A stretch of DNA of 64,000 nucleotides from positions 5,828,001-5,892,000 of the forward strand of contig OZ024746.1 in NCBI GenBank assembly GCA_964016885.1, read 5' to 3'. Below the pieces are notes generated by a model. It was not told where the DNA came from, searched no databases, and saw only the letters and a program-made list of their open reading frames with translations. Positions 14,174 through 27,495 of this stretch are shown here, in pieces. The stretch comes from Eledone cirrhosa. Taxonomy: Eukaryota. The first letter of the stretch is position 1, and each line of letters opens with the position of its first letter. A program made the position numbers and the translations under genes.

Positions 14174-14798
14174 TGGATTGGCAGTGGATTGGCAGTATCG
14201 GTAGAGGGTCGGACGCAATGCTTTCCAGCATAGTTACGTCCCTTTACGATCTGAGTTCAAATCCCGCCGATGTTGACTTTGCCTTTCATCCTTACGGGGT
14301 CGATAAAATAAAGTACCAGTAATGCACTGGGTAATTGCTGGCCTTGTGCCTAAAGTAGAAACAATTATTATTAATGGATTGGCAGTATCGGTAGAGGGTT
14401 GGACGCCATGCTTTGCAGCATAGAGTTATGCCCCTTTATGATCTGAGTTCAAATCTCGCCGAGGTTAACTTTGCCTTTCATCCTTACAGGTTCGATAGAA
14501 TAAAGTACCAGTAATACACTGGTATAATTGCTGACCTTGTGCCAAATGTAGAAACAATTATTAAATAGGTGAATTGGCAGTATCGGTAGAAGGTCGGACA
14601 CCATGCTTTCCAGCATAGTTACGTCCCTTTACGATCTGAGGTCAAATTCCGCCGAGGTTAACTTTACTTTTCATCCTTACGGGGTCGATAAAATGAAGTA
14701 CCAGTAATGCACTGGGTAATTTGTGGCCTTGTGCCAAAAGTAGAAACAATTATTATTAAAGAGGCAAGGGGCGGTGGATTGGCAGAATCGGTAGAGCG
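14174..14798 (+). mobile_element. head-to-tail array of three ~190-bp SINEs plus a fourth head
   Basis: Monomers start at about 14185, 14375, 14568 and 14770. Each full monomer has A box TGGCAGTATCGG, B box GAGTTCAAATCC, a GCCTTTCATCCTTACGGGGTCGATAAAATAAAGTACCAG domain (resembling the Meta-SINE central domain, from memory) and an (ATT)n tail. Confidence 0.92.
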
Positions 14799-17700
14799 TT
14801 TCTGTGGGTTTTGTTACTGTTATTTGTGTAAATCTCAGCGGGAAACCACCTTTTTTTGTAACAACAGTAGCTGCTACATATTTTATTTGGCCTTCTGATA
14901 CTTAGGGTTATGATTTTAATCATAATAAGAAAAGCAATATCCATGATCCATTCAGAGATTTTGCCCGAATACATCCAAAAGAGAGAACTCAGAGATGGAC
15001 AAGGTGAACGTGCTAAACCATCTGACAAATAACTCTTTCATATGCAGTTCACAATCAAATATTAAGTTCTAAATTGTTGGATTAATGCAACATTTTATGT
15101 CAAATTAAACCCATTCAGCACGGAGATCTACCAGAAATTGGATATTTACTCTAGTATAGGTGATTCAATGCCAATAGATTCCAGTAAATCAATATTCGAT
15201 TAAAGTAAATCAATATTTATAGCTAAGAGATTCGTGCGCCACCATATTCATTCTCCCTTCCAGTTCTTAAATTCCTGTGTGGATTGTTGGTTAATTTTCA
15301 TCAGTCCAACGAAGCGAGAAATTCTTCAGTGAGGAACTTCGCAGCGTATATGATATGGCTTTTTACGGCATCTTACCTGCTGTATTAGAAAGATAAAATA
15401 GAATTTCCTAAAAATAAAGTTTCAAAAATCCCTTAGGTGCAATTGAAGTTTGGATCTATTTCACTTTGTGTTATCTATGTATAATCTGATGAACGTTAAA
15501 ACACAAGCATAATTCAATATCAAGTGTGTTGCTTCCATCACATTTAACCTTTTTTTACAATTACTCTTTTGTAATATAATGTTCTCAAGTGATTTTTACG
15601 ATAAATTTTGTCAGATTATTTTATTTAATTAAAATACTACATTTCGTTTAGAATAGCTTACAGTAAACTTCCTTAGATGGATTTCTTTCGATGAATATTT
15701 TTCTTTCGGATATATAAACTTTTTCAGTTTTATTTTTTCTTTCACTTCGGTTTCTCTCTTCTGCCTTGTTAAATCGTAAAATACTTTGTAGTTGATAAAG
15801 TGTAAAATATAAGACGTCCGCGCAAATACTTTTACTTTATCTATAGCTTAAAGCAATGTTTTTTTTTAAATATATGTGTAGGTAATTCTTACATTCTGTA
15901 AAATTAAATGTTGCTTTGTTTCTTTATTTGGAAAAAGTATTTTGGCAAATTTAAGTAATTTGTTTAGAGTTAGAAAATTGTTCGCATTTTTGAATAATTG
16001 TCAAATATCAAGGAAACGAAAGTCTGTTGAATTATTCTTACAGGAAAGAATAAGATTTAGGTATGGAAAATATACATAGAAGACGTTGATAAGTTGAAAT
16101 CAAATATATATATATTTAATTATTTACTTACCCGGTTTAGACATATAAACCATATTTCATATAAGTACCAAGATTTTTCTGGCTTTGAATAATTTCGTTT
16201 TAGCAATGATTTTAAAATGATTATGTCAAATAGAAATATTTGACTTAAATATGTTACTATCTTTATAAACTATAGCATTTTGCAGACAACCCCTCAAGAC
16301 TTTATTCTCAATAGAGTATTTAATTAATCTTTCTTAAAAGCCGATGTTTACTCATTGACTTATATCATTATCAAATGCATGAACAGATTTTGTTGCTACA
16401 CATTTCTTTCTGAGTGGATAATAGTATTTCCATTACAAAAACTTATTCAAATTATAGTCAAGTACTTTGTTATATAAAGTATCTAATTTATTTCACCAAT
16501 ATCTATTTATATTTAAATTTGATAATGAAGGCATCTCTACAGATTTATATTTGCATATATTTAGATAGAGAAATAGAGAGTATTAGGATAAAAACATTAT
16601 CAATTCCGCTTTCTTTAATACTTAAGATGTGACAAGAATTATTCTATATTCTGTCAGATCAGATTAAAACTATTTCTATAAAACCTATATAGTAGAGTAA
16701 CAAAATTGTGTTGTAATTGACAAATATAACCGTAGAATATATCAATAATGAAACAGCAGTATAGTTGAATATAAAATATATAGCATACAATATATTGCAC
16801 ATTTGAAAGATGCACAGAGAACATATTGCTTACAAACGTTCATGGCAGCGAATTTGTTGTGATTATTGATGCATCCAGCATCAAAACTTTGTGGTTCGTG
16901 CATATCAACCACTTTTCTGAATGAAACAAATTCTTATAGAAATGATTCCTTTAAGGAAAGTCTTCGTAATAGCCGATAACAATGATATTGATTAACGTTT
17001 AGAACTATGACATAAGGTGAAATGTCAAACGACTAAAACCTATAAATTCAGATGTAACATCACCAGAATGGATATCATTAAAAAAAAAATGAACTAAATT
17101 TCAAACAATGACTATTCTTATTATCTTTGTTACAAGTCTAACCATTGACATCATAACAAATACTTGATAATTGAAATATAAAACAGCTTACATACATATA
17201 GGCAGAATGCTGCATCAACTGAAACGAATGAATATATAAATTATAATCTGGCTAGGCATTATGACTGATTCTAGACTATAATCATATATCTAATATAAAG
17301 GAAATAAATATATTGTAAAGTACAAGTATATAATTCTAAGCGATTAGACCGCTTCACAGAGTATCTGTTGAAGCATTTTATTCTATATGTAATATTAAAG
17401 AATGTTTAACAACTCAGAATGAACAACACTGCATAAAAGTCAATATTTTCGATGATATGCGTATCTATACATACGAATGTGTATGACTTTGTTAATGTAT
17501 GTATGCATGTATGTTTGTGTATGCATGCACATGGTAGAGCAAGATACAAATGTGTCTGCTAACTGAAAATGCAATCCGTTTTCGATTCTACGTTCAATTC
17601 AATTCTATTATACACTGATTTATTTGAAGTATTTTCCTAATCTTAGTTGTTTTACTACTTCCTTAGGAGTCTGTCCAAATCTCTAACTGAACATTTCATT

Positions 17701-17845
17701 CAAACCAAGAGGGGAGATGGCTTTCATTCCGTAGTCCATGCTTGAGATATCCTCGTATTAATTATTCATTACATGTAATGTCGCTTAAAACAGAATATAT
17801 AGTTATACACTAACTGAGGGTTTCAAGGTACAGCCACCAAGTACA

Positions 17846-18253
17846 CTGCAGGGCTAAGCAAGTAACAACTGCTGTTCCCTCTAACCTACTTCTCATGACT
17901 ATTGGAATGAAATTAAACAGAAATTCATGGCCTGACGATCCTGAGCCGAATACACTAGACACAAAGCTACATATTTGTAAGATTGCTTAAGATATAGAAT
18001 ATATAAATAGAATAACCAAGGGTTTGATCTCACGCCAACCAGGTAAACTGCAGGGCTAAGCAAGTAACAACTGCTGTTCCCTCTAACCTACTTCTCATGA
18101 CTATTGGAATGAAATTAAACAGAAATTCATGGCCTGACGATCCTGAGCCGAATACACTAGACACAAAGCTACATATTTGTAAGATTGCTTAAGATATAGA
18201 ATATATAAATAGAATAACCAAGGGTTTGATCTCACGCCAACCAGGTAAACTGC
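17846..18253. repeat. perfect 202-bp tandem duplication of unique sequence
   Basis: 17846-18047 equals 18048-18249; ACTGC microhomology at the junctions. Confidence 0.95.
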
Positions 18254-18744
18254 CAAGACAAACACTTAACCAAAGCGTATATGGATTATACTTGTTGATG
18301 GAAATTTAGAGCTTTAAACCTTCAGTATTTATATCTAAGATATTATCTAAGGTATTATTTTTCTTAATTAAATGTTCCCATATGTTAATAAGTGTAATGT
18401 TTATAGATATCGCACCAGTTAGATGATAGCCAAGTAATTTGGAGAATCTCCTGAGACGCTGGAGAAACAAGAAGATCCGTTAAATTGCACTATCATGTTG
18501 ACATAGCCATCAGCCGCATTTGATAGTGCCGCAACAAATACTGCAAAGCATTTCTCCTTCGTTCTAAACAGTAAAAACAGTATCAACAACAAAACACACC
18601 ACCACCATCACCACCACCACCACCACCACCACCACCGCCGCCGCCATCACCACCACTATCGCTACCACCACCATCACCACCACCACCGCCACCACCACCA
18701 CCACCACCACCACGACTAACAACAACAACAACAATAATAATAAT

Positions 18745-18905
18745 AATGGTTTCTTATTTAGGCACAAGGCCAGCAATTTTGGGGGAGAGGAAAGTCGATT
18801 AAATCGACCCCAGTGCGTGACTGGTACTTTATTTTATCGACCACGTAAGGTTGAAAGGCAAAGTTAACATCGGCGGGATTTGAACTTAGCACGTAAAGGG
18901 CAATA
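18745..18905 (-). mobile_element. tRNA-derived SINE, long-tail subfamily, 5'-truncated
   Basis: Central domain plus an extra GGGGTCGATTTAATCGACT segment before the tail. Confidence 0.85.
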
Positions 18906-19474
18906 ACTTGATGCTAAACAACAATAATAATGATAAAAATAGATATAAACACATAAATATATTTTTGCTCTAGATGGATGCAAATACTTTTTCAGCTTTA
19001 AATATTTGATGTTTTCAAGTAAACAAGAAAAAAAAGAAAACGATTTAAAAAAATGAATGAACAAAAGTCATGTAATCGTAATACGATTACAAGAATTCCC
19101 TGTATATTATACTGGAAATTCTTTATTGTATCTTTACATTTCAGTATATGTGTGTCTTTGAATGTGTGAGTATTTACGTGTGTATATACAACATATATTA
19201 TATATATTATTAAAGGATACTTGTTTCATTACCCCCTCTTTTTTGTTTCCATCTCTCAAGCTTCCACTTTGCTCTTCCCTTTCGGCTCCCTTCTCTCTTT
19301 CTCATATCCTCTCTCTATCCGTTACAGCCCCTCCTTCGCTGTCCCTTTTACTTACCTGTTTTTCTCTTTTTTTTTCACTGGTTAGCTTTAAATTTCTTCC
19401 TTCAGAGTGGAAAGATATATTTTGATGTCGCCCTGTTTAAGGTTAACGGGTTAAATTGAACTGGCTGTTAGAAT

Positions 19475-19642
19475 GGTTTCTTATATAGGCACAAGGCCAG
19501 CAATGTTGGGGAAGGGGAAAGTCAATTAAATCGACCCCACTGCGTGACTGGTACGTTATTTTATCGACCCCGTAAGGATGAAAGGCAAAGTTAACCTAGG
19601 CGGGATTTGAACTCAGATCATAAAGGGCCGTAACTCTATGCT
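19475..19642 (-). mobile_element. tRNA-derived SINE, long-tail subfamily, 5'-truncated with TSD
   Basis: Same as above; TTGAACTGGCTGTTA is duplicated on both flanks. Confidence 0.85.
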
Positions 19643-20724
19643 TGAACTGGCTGTTATAATAAGCACAAAAATCTGTCATTTTGAAAGGTCTTCTGTCGGA
19701 ATCATGCTAACACCTTAATAATTAGTAAAACTAAAATTCATTATCGTGAGTTGTATTATTTCAAATAATGCTTAGATCAATACAGAAATCTATATGAAAA
19801 TTCTGTTTGTTAGTCGTTATCGTCCGTGTTTGAGTAATGGTTATGCATTAAAACTGGCGATTATCTGGGAGTTCTCTTGACCTAGCAAAGGATGTTCTCT
19901 GATAAATGAGAAACATTTTATTGTATTTGTTTGTTTGTTTTTGCAGAGACAGATACATTCAAAAGAAATGCGGATGTGTGGGGATTGATGCTCAAATATA
20001 ATTTCCATTGTAATCTCAATTATCTCGATTGAATCTGGTTCTACAGTAGTGAGGTCACTTTGAGTCAACTTTATCATGCACTGAAAATATAATCGAAAGA
20101 ATGTTACAAAACAGCTGCTTTTCTAGACAATATTCTAATAGATCAGGACGACGCCTCACAATCACATAAAACCTAATAAGTAACTTGTTGAGAAGCAATA
20201 GAAAAGACAAAGTACTATGCGCAAAGATGCAGCATAAGAAGTTTGATTTGATGCCAACATATTACCTATTGTTCGAGATTATTAAGCATTATCCTCTATG
20301 TCCGTTATAGATAAGCATTCAGAGATTATTTAGAACTAAATACAATCAAATCTACTTGTAAAATAAGATTGAAGTGAATGAATCTTGTTCACAGTAGAAC
20401 AATAAGTGAAACATCCAACATATTTTAAATATGATCTGACAATAATTTTGTTGTGTGCAATGTTGGAAGATATAAAATTCTATGAACAGTTGAATCCAAA
20501 CGGTTATGATGATATTTGTTCTTTTTTGTATTGTGTATTTTTTGCTATATATACTTGGCATATATTTCTGATTTAGGGAAAAGAATAGGGGGACTGAAAT
20601 GACCTAGCGAAATTGACTTCAAGAAAAAAATCAGGAAAAGTATCATCTCAGTTTGCTGGAAGCTTAATTTATTATTTTCGAAATGGGCATCATGATATTA
20701 TTTATAGACATATAGATGAAGACA

Positions 20725-20825
20725 TGGCTATGTGGTCAATGTGTTTGTCTCACAACCACAGAGTTTCGAGTTCAGTCCTGCTGTGTGGAATCTCGTGGAA
20801 GTGTCTTCTAATATAATAGCCTCGA
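20725..20825 (+). mobile_element. second tRNA-derived (CORE-type) SINE family fragment
   Basis: TGGCTATGTGG A box, GAGTTCAGTCC B box, AAGTGTCTTCTA…ATAGCCTCG core; resembles octopus OR/OK-type SINEs from memory. Confidence 0.6.
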
Positions 20826-21209
20826 ATTAGTTAATCTCGAAACACTGCCCCGCCCTCGGCCCAGAGCCCATCACCATCTCCCCTTCCCCCTCTCTTTCTT
20901 CTGTAACCTAATAGTCCTTGATTTTTCCCTCCTTTTCCTTTCATTTATGGTATTTATAATCCTTTCCTCTACTTTCCCATAAAGCCAGATCTGCCCTTCT
21001 TTACCCCTTCCCTCTCTTTTCATTACTTAATTTTGTTTTTATCTTTCTTTTTCATATCTATGTAATTATAAATGGCATTTAAGCCAACTTTGTAAGTGGA
21101 ACACATATATTGAGAATAAACTATTTGTTATTCTTAATCTCTTCTGAATGAATATTGGTAGATGGAAAATGCAAAGACGTGTCTTATAAATATATACATA
21201 TAAATATAG

Positions 21210-21271
<62 letters not shown>

Positions 21272-21339
21272 AGGAAGCTCCAACCGTTAAGGTTGTCTTT
21301 TTTCCGGGTATGTCAATATTTATTTATAAAACAAATCTT

Positions 21340-21405
21340 TATTTTATCTGATGAAAGCGCACCATAATTTGCCTTGGTTGCCCTTGAAATATGTATAATA
21401 AAATA
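21340..21405 (+). ncRNA. type I hammerhead ribozyme motif
   Basis: TATTTTAT-CTGATGA-…-GAAA-TATGTA-TA-ATAAAATA; same family as 3011, 26893 and 55412. Stem II is weak. Confidence 0.65.
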
Positions 21406-21468
21406 AATATGGTTTTATAAATATAGTTTCCATTTATTAATACATTGTATATATGTATATATATATAT

Positions 21469-21744
21469 TTTCTCGGGAAAATGGAAAAACTCGGCGCATG
21501 GAAGCTGTTAGGACAGCAAAATACTGTCGAACCGGCGTTGGGTAAAATATTACCTGGAAGGACAGAGATCAGTGGCTAGATATGAGTTGACTGGAAGGAA
21601 GGAACTGCTCCCTCTCTTTCTCCCTCTCCCTCCCACCGTTACCTTATTGTTTCCCCTCACTTCCTTCTACAGAGCATCTCTACTTACGACGCCAATATTC
21701 TTCTCTTCCTTTCTCGTGACGTCTCGGGGTTCGATTGGATGCAC

Positions 21745-21833
<89 letters not shown>

Positions 21834-22170
21834 TGTTCCGACGTAAACAATATAAGAACGAGGTATATTTATTTCTCCGTTACGAACCTCTTATTCCCCG
21901 CAGTAATCTCATTAATTCATCGAAACTGCAGGATGTTGAGATCTGAAGAGCAGATTTTAATGTTTGTCACCTGTTCACTCTCCTCCATTCCTTTTCCTCC
22001 TTCCTATCTTCTCTTCCTTCCAGTCAACTCACATCGAGCCGGTCATCGCTGTCCTTCCAGGTAATAATTTATCCAACGCCGCTTCGACGGTATTTTGCAG
22101 TCCTAACAGCTTCCATACGCCGAGTTTTTCCATTTTCCTGAGAATCCTATACACTCGCGTCTCAATACTA
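21469..22170. mobile_element. MITE / non-autonomous DNA transposon
   Basis: About 96-bp imperfect inverted repeats at 21469-21566 and 22050-22144, (CT)n interior, no ORF, TA-rich flanks. Confidence 0.75.
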
Positions 22171-22187
22171 TATTTTCATATTAATTT

Positions 22188-22289
<102 letters not shown>

Positions 22290-22647
22290 TATATATTTAT
22301 ATGAAGATCCGCCAAGGTGAAACAATTGTTCTCGGTATGGTAAACTAACTGTTGTGTTACCACTTCTCTCTCTCTCTATATATATATATAACAAAAAAGA
22401 AAGTGTGGTAAGAAACCAAGTGGACAATAACGCACCAGAGTACTCGATAATTATGGTAGTAGAGTGGGTAATAGGAAAAGAGTCAGGACCCCGACGGCTG
22501 AGCTCCGGCCGTTTCGACAGCTAGATCCTGATTCTTTTCTTATATATATATATATATTTGTGTGCGAGCGGGGGGGGGGGGGTAACCATAGTAAGTAAGG
22601 TACTCAATACATAGTAGAGTATATACAATATTTAATATAGAAAGTGC

Positions 22648-22691
22648 TTCTACAGGACTTGTACTGTTTCGTCGAAGGAAATCATCAGAAA
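22648..22691 (-). ncRNA. type I hammerhead motif (family of the 3.3-kb palindrome)
   Basis: Minus strand TTT-CTGATGA-…-GAAA-CAG-TACAAGTC-CTG-TA-GAA. The upstream flank matches 3245-3300. Confidence 0.6.
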
Positions 22692-22859
22692 AGTTGGAGA
22701 GTGAGGTGAGGTGTAGGGTAGGGTTGTGAGGTTATGTGTGTGTGTATGTGTGTGTGTATGTGTGTATATGTGTGTATGTATATGAGTGTGTGCACGCGCA
22801 CGTGTGTGCGTGTACTTATGTGTGTGTGCGTTTGTGTCTGTGTGTTTACGCTTGTGTCT

Positions 22860-23000
22860 GTAACTGCGATTAGAAACGATGGTTCAATAAAATAAGTAGC
22901 AGACTTTAAAAGAATATTTACTTGAGTCGGCAGGATTCCCTAAATTCCTCCAAGGCAGTGCTTCGGCATCGCCGCAGTTTTTATAAATGGAATCAGTAAA
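22860..23000 (+). mobile_element. diverged SINE 3' tail
   Basis: AATAAAATAAGTAGCAGACT…AAGGCAGTGCTTCGGCATCGCCGCAGT following (GT)n; resembles an octopus SINE tail from memory. Confidence 0.45.
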
Positions 23001-23848
23001 ACAATTTTCAGATATTGCAATATATTGGAGATATAACCCTAAATGACTATCCACATGAAAGTTGGAAATACTAGAATTATGCCAAACATCACACTGACTT
23101 ATAATTCTACTGTACAACTCTCTAGCTTACAACAATATTATGCTGCCAAAAACAATTCCTAAGTAGTATAAAGTTGTATTCTTCAATATTTCACCGTCCT
23201 TCATTTCATAGAACTATTTACAAGACCAACATGAAAACATGCGAGAAATTGATCTATTAACGTGAACAGAAAATCCACTCTAAATGACTAAGATCAATGT
23301 GACTTGTCAGAATTTATTGCTAAATCTAAAGTATTTTATGACCTTAGTTATTCTATGATAGATGAGTATCAAGTACAAAATAATTGCTGAGAAATATCTT
23401 ACGTTGCATTTTCCACGACTGTAATTTAGTTTTGGCATGACGCAGGCGGTAATTAAGCACATCTCCTGGTGTTACATAGCTCTTGCTAGAAGCAGTAGAT
23501 AAGATTCATAAGATTTCTTTGCAAGTATATCGAGAGTCGTAAACTATACTGGTTTTATGAGGTTAGCTTCAGACTTAATGGTTACTTAAACATAGCTATT
23601 TTGAATATAAAATGGCTGTCCGAAATATCTCGAGTGTGTGTTGTTGTTTTTATTTAGCTTCCATTCTGCCCTGATTAAATGTATTTCTGTCCTGACCACC
23701 CTGACTATATCCTTGATTCAAGAGGTTCAGGTAAATTTATTGAACATTTTTCTTAACCTCTTGAATATATAGATAGGTAGGTATATACATACATACATAC
23801 ATATATATACATACATACATACACACACACGCACACACGCACACACGC

Positions 23849-23942
<94 letters not shown>

Positions 23943-23954
23943 ACACACACACAT

Positions 23955-24012
<58 letters not shown>

Positions 24013-24554
24013 TATGGTAAAGGTAAGGTAATTACAAATACATCTTTTTAAAATTTGATTTGAGCCTTTGCTACGAAAAGAATGAACTGTGAAGCGTAAC
24101 CTCTCTTAACTATTGCTGCATATACAGGAAAACATACGAGATTATTTGTATGCCTTTCATATAGTATTATCGCCTCATCAAAGAACCGTTACACCTTTGA
24201 TTCCGTGTACAGCTGAATATGCCTGTGTCACAGAACAGAAATATTTGAAATAATTCATTTTAAATAACGTGCATATCTTTGCAAGGTAATGGAAGAAATA
24301 ATATTTATGGTAGAATATGGCGTGTTGTTGGAAAGATTTCCTTGTAAACCTAAGGTAACCTGAAAAGAAGGAATTGTGATGTCTAAACCCTTTCAAATAT
24401 TCCTTCATACATAAGAAAGGGTATGAGGTTATTCTTGTGGTTTCGAATACTATTCTGTCTTCATGTTAATAACCTCATCAAATGTATGTACGACATGAAC
24501 ATTGAAATGTTCATTTCAAGTATTTTCTACGTCCTTTAAGACATAGCTTTGATA

Positions 24555-24629
24555 TAGGGTGTGCTGAAAGGTTCCTGGTTAAAAGAAAACCTGTTCGCTA
24601 TACTCTTAACTTTTCAGCATCACCTCATA
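24555..24629. mobile_element. tiny mariner-like MITE
   Basis: Inverted ends AGGGTGTGCTGAAAGGTT and AACTTTTCAGCATCACCT, TA-flanked. Confidence 0.5.
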
Positions 24630-25920
24630 GCGCGGTATTTCTCCATACACAGAATCATAATGAAAGTTGTTCTCTTGTTGTAACCAAAGACCTTTTCAGT
24701 TTATAACATTTCTCAAACTACATTAATCAATATGTACTTCATTTTCTAAAATTAGTTGATTAGGAATTGAGAGAAATTTGACTTATATGTCTAGCATTGT
24801 GCGTAAACCTATAAGCTGACCTCATGAATTTTTAAAGTATTGAATCTATCTTCGGAATTTAGAGTACAGAATCCTGATCACCTGGGATGTCCCCTCATTT
24901 CTCATTTCTGAAGAAGGAATAAAAATATTCATTTTAAGTGATTATTCACAGGGACTTGAAACTTAAGAGTTGAATATTTATAAGGATACAATCATGAAAA
25001 TAGCGGATATTGTGAATATAGAATCCATTCCCAGCCAATTGGCTCATTCAAGGGATATATTTCCTAATGTTAGATTCAGTTCGCAAATGAATTGTATTGT
25101 GTGAGTAATAGAAGGAGGTGTTTCAAGTATTTGCATTATAACAATACAAATGGCTGCCTGTTACAGAAGAAATTGGTGGCCATGAACATAAAGGGTATCG
25201 AGTTGCTTGCCTTTTTTTAATCAAATAATTTTCTTCGACTGTTTTCCAGTCCATGTCTGATTGAAATACAGACACTATTTTAGTTATGAATTCTATTTTG
25301 AGAGAAAGATATTTGGAGTATTTTGAATACTTCTACCCAGACTTGAAGTACGTTTTAACCCTGCGGAAGAGAACAATCTTATCCGTAATGAAGTTAAAGC
25401 AATGCTAAGAATAAGAAACTGTTAAATGTTACTGCAATCAGTTTATATCAAATGCATTGAATAGGATACTTCAATCTCATTATTTCAAATGAGCGGCTGT
25501 TGTTTTTTTTTAATTTCTATTTTATTTTTATTCTTTGCTTCTTTTACTTAAATAATACCGGATTATCTAATCACTGAAAGTGAAGGAAGGAATCCTATTA
25601 TTGAAATCATTTGCTGTCTGGCAATTACTCTCACAAGACAAGTCACTCTTCCGAATGTTGGAAAATGAAAAGAGTCACAGTAAGCAAGTTGCTGGTTGAA
25701 TGATATTATTAAGTAATTTAGCTAAAAATACTCAATAAAATGTCTAAATGTTAACATCATCGTAGTAAGTATGGAACCCGATTACTGTAAACATCAGGTC
25801 AAGTGCAGCAAAAATAACTCTGTCAGCCTGCTCCATCTAAACCAAAAATCTGCTTATACCTCACAATCTATCTGCATAACTATATATATAGATATGTATA
25901 TATATATATATTATATATAT

Positions 25921-25982
<62 letters not shown>

Positions 25983-25984
<2 letters not shown>

Positions 25985-26094
25985 CCTGATAATGGGGTTT
26001 AGAACCCTCAGATAAATGGAAAAAGATGAGTATTGACGTACATGTACTCATCTTTTTCCATTTATCTGAGGGTTCTAAACCCCATTATCAGGCT
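25983..26094. repeat. perfect ~49-bp-arm hairpin next to (TA)n
   Basis: AGCCTGATAATGGGGTTTAGAACCCTCAGATAAATGGAAAAAGATGAGTA and its exact reverse complement, separated by about 12 nt. Confidence 0.92.
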
Positions 26095-26173
26095 AAAATT
26101 TCTTTAGTCAAAAATACGGTGAAAGCTATTCTATTTTCTAATTTCAAACCTGCTCACTATGTCAAAACATACT

Positions 26174-26228
<55 letters not shown>

Positions 26229-26229
26229 A

Positions 26230-26490
26230 TTAAAGACTAGAGAGTTGGATTCACAATAGTGAGGTTGTGCGTTCGATTCTGGGACCGGGCGATGCATTGT
26301 GTCGTTTAGCAAGACATTTTATTTCATGTTACACAAGGCTGTTGTAGATATTAGCTGTAACATCACTGCTGCCAAGTTGTCTCGGCATTGGTACACATGG
26401 GCAACTGCTGTTCTTCCACAAAACCACCTTGCTCGGGCTTATGCCTCTGATCGGAAGATTCTAGGAGCAAGATACATTAGCATTCGTGAC
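26230..26490 (+). mobile_element. CORE-type tRNA-derived SINE
   Basis: GTTCGATTC B box, GACCGGG…AGCAAGACATTTT core; homologous to 48039-48240. Confidence 0.65.
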
Positions 26491-26511
26491 CAAAGGGATA
26501 TATATATATAG

Positions 26512-26661
26512 TGACGAAACATAAGTCAATTGCATGAACTCATAATCCTTTATTTACTGCTATATATAGCCATTGAATGGCTATGACCTCATCAGGCAGT
26601 TAGTCAGCTCTTAGATATGCCAGCTCTGTGTTTATGGTGTTGATGGTATCAGAGCCTTGGG

Positions 26662-26665
<4 letters not shown>
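26512..26665 (-). mobile_element. (TA)n-flanked PLE-like remnant with a deleted hammerhead
   Basis: Reverse complement of 54843-55003, but lacks the CATCGAAA segment of the ribozyme core. Confidence 0.65.
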
Positions 26666-26747
<82 letters not shown>

Positions 26748-26892
26748 AATGAGTTATTTACAACAGTTTAGAAGGACTCAACATTTTTATCCGGAGTATA
26801 ATTAATATCAATAATATTAATAAATATCCTCACTGAACTTATAACATGAAGTTCACATGAAGATATGTCACTATCTTTACACCAATTATTAC

Positions 26893-26956
26893 ATTTTATC
26901 TGACGAAAGCAAGCGTACTTAAATAGTAGCACCCTTGAAATACGTATAATGAAATA
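26893..26956 (+). ncRNA. type I hammerhead ribozyme motif
   Basis: ATTTTAT-CTGACGA-…-GAAA-TACGTA-TA-ATGAAAT with palindromic stem III. Confidence 0.6.
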
Positions 26957-27311
26957 AATATGGTTTTATAAAGATATTTCCCATTTATTAATATTATTGA
27001 TATTATACATATATATATATGCAAAAGTTCTATTTAAATTGTTGGGATACAACAAGCAAATATTTTTATAACTGATATAAAGCACTCGACAAGTATTTGG
27101 AGTAGATATCCGATATTAACAAATGGAAAGTATATTTATAAAATCATATTTATTTCATTATACATATTTCAAGGATACCAAGTTAAATTATATATGTATA
27201 ATGAAATAAATATGGTTTTATAAATATAGTTTCCATTTGTTAATATCGTATATATATATATATATAAAGAGAGAGAGGGAGACAGAGAGAGAAAGAGAGA
27301 GAGTGAGTAGG

Positions 27312-27342
<31 letters not shown>

Positions 27343-27361
27343 CAAAGAGAGAGAGTGAGTA

Positions 27362-27495
<134 letters not shown>

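Noticed and set aside
17928-17965. CTGACGA inside the 202-bp duplication as a hammerhead/retrozyme dimer
   Set aside because: No stem II-GAAA or stem I pairing follows.
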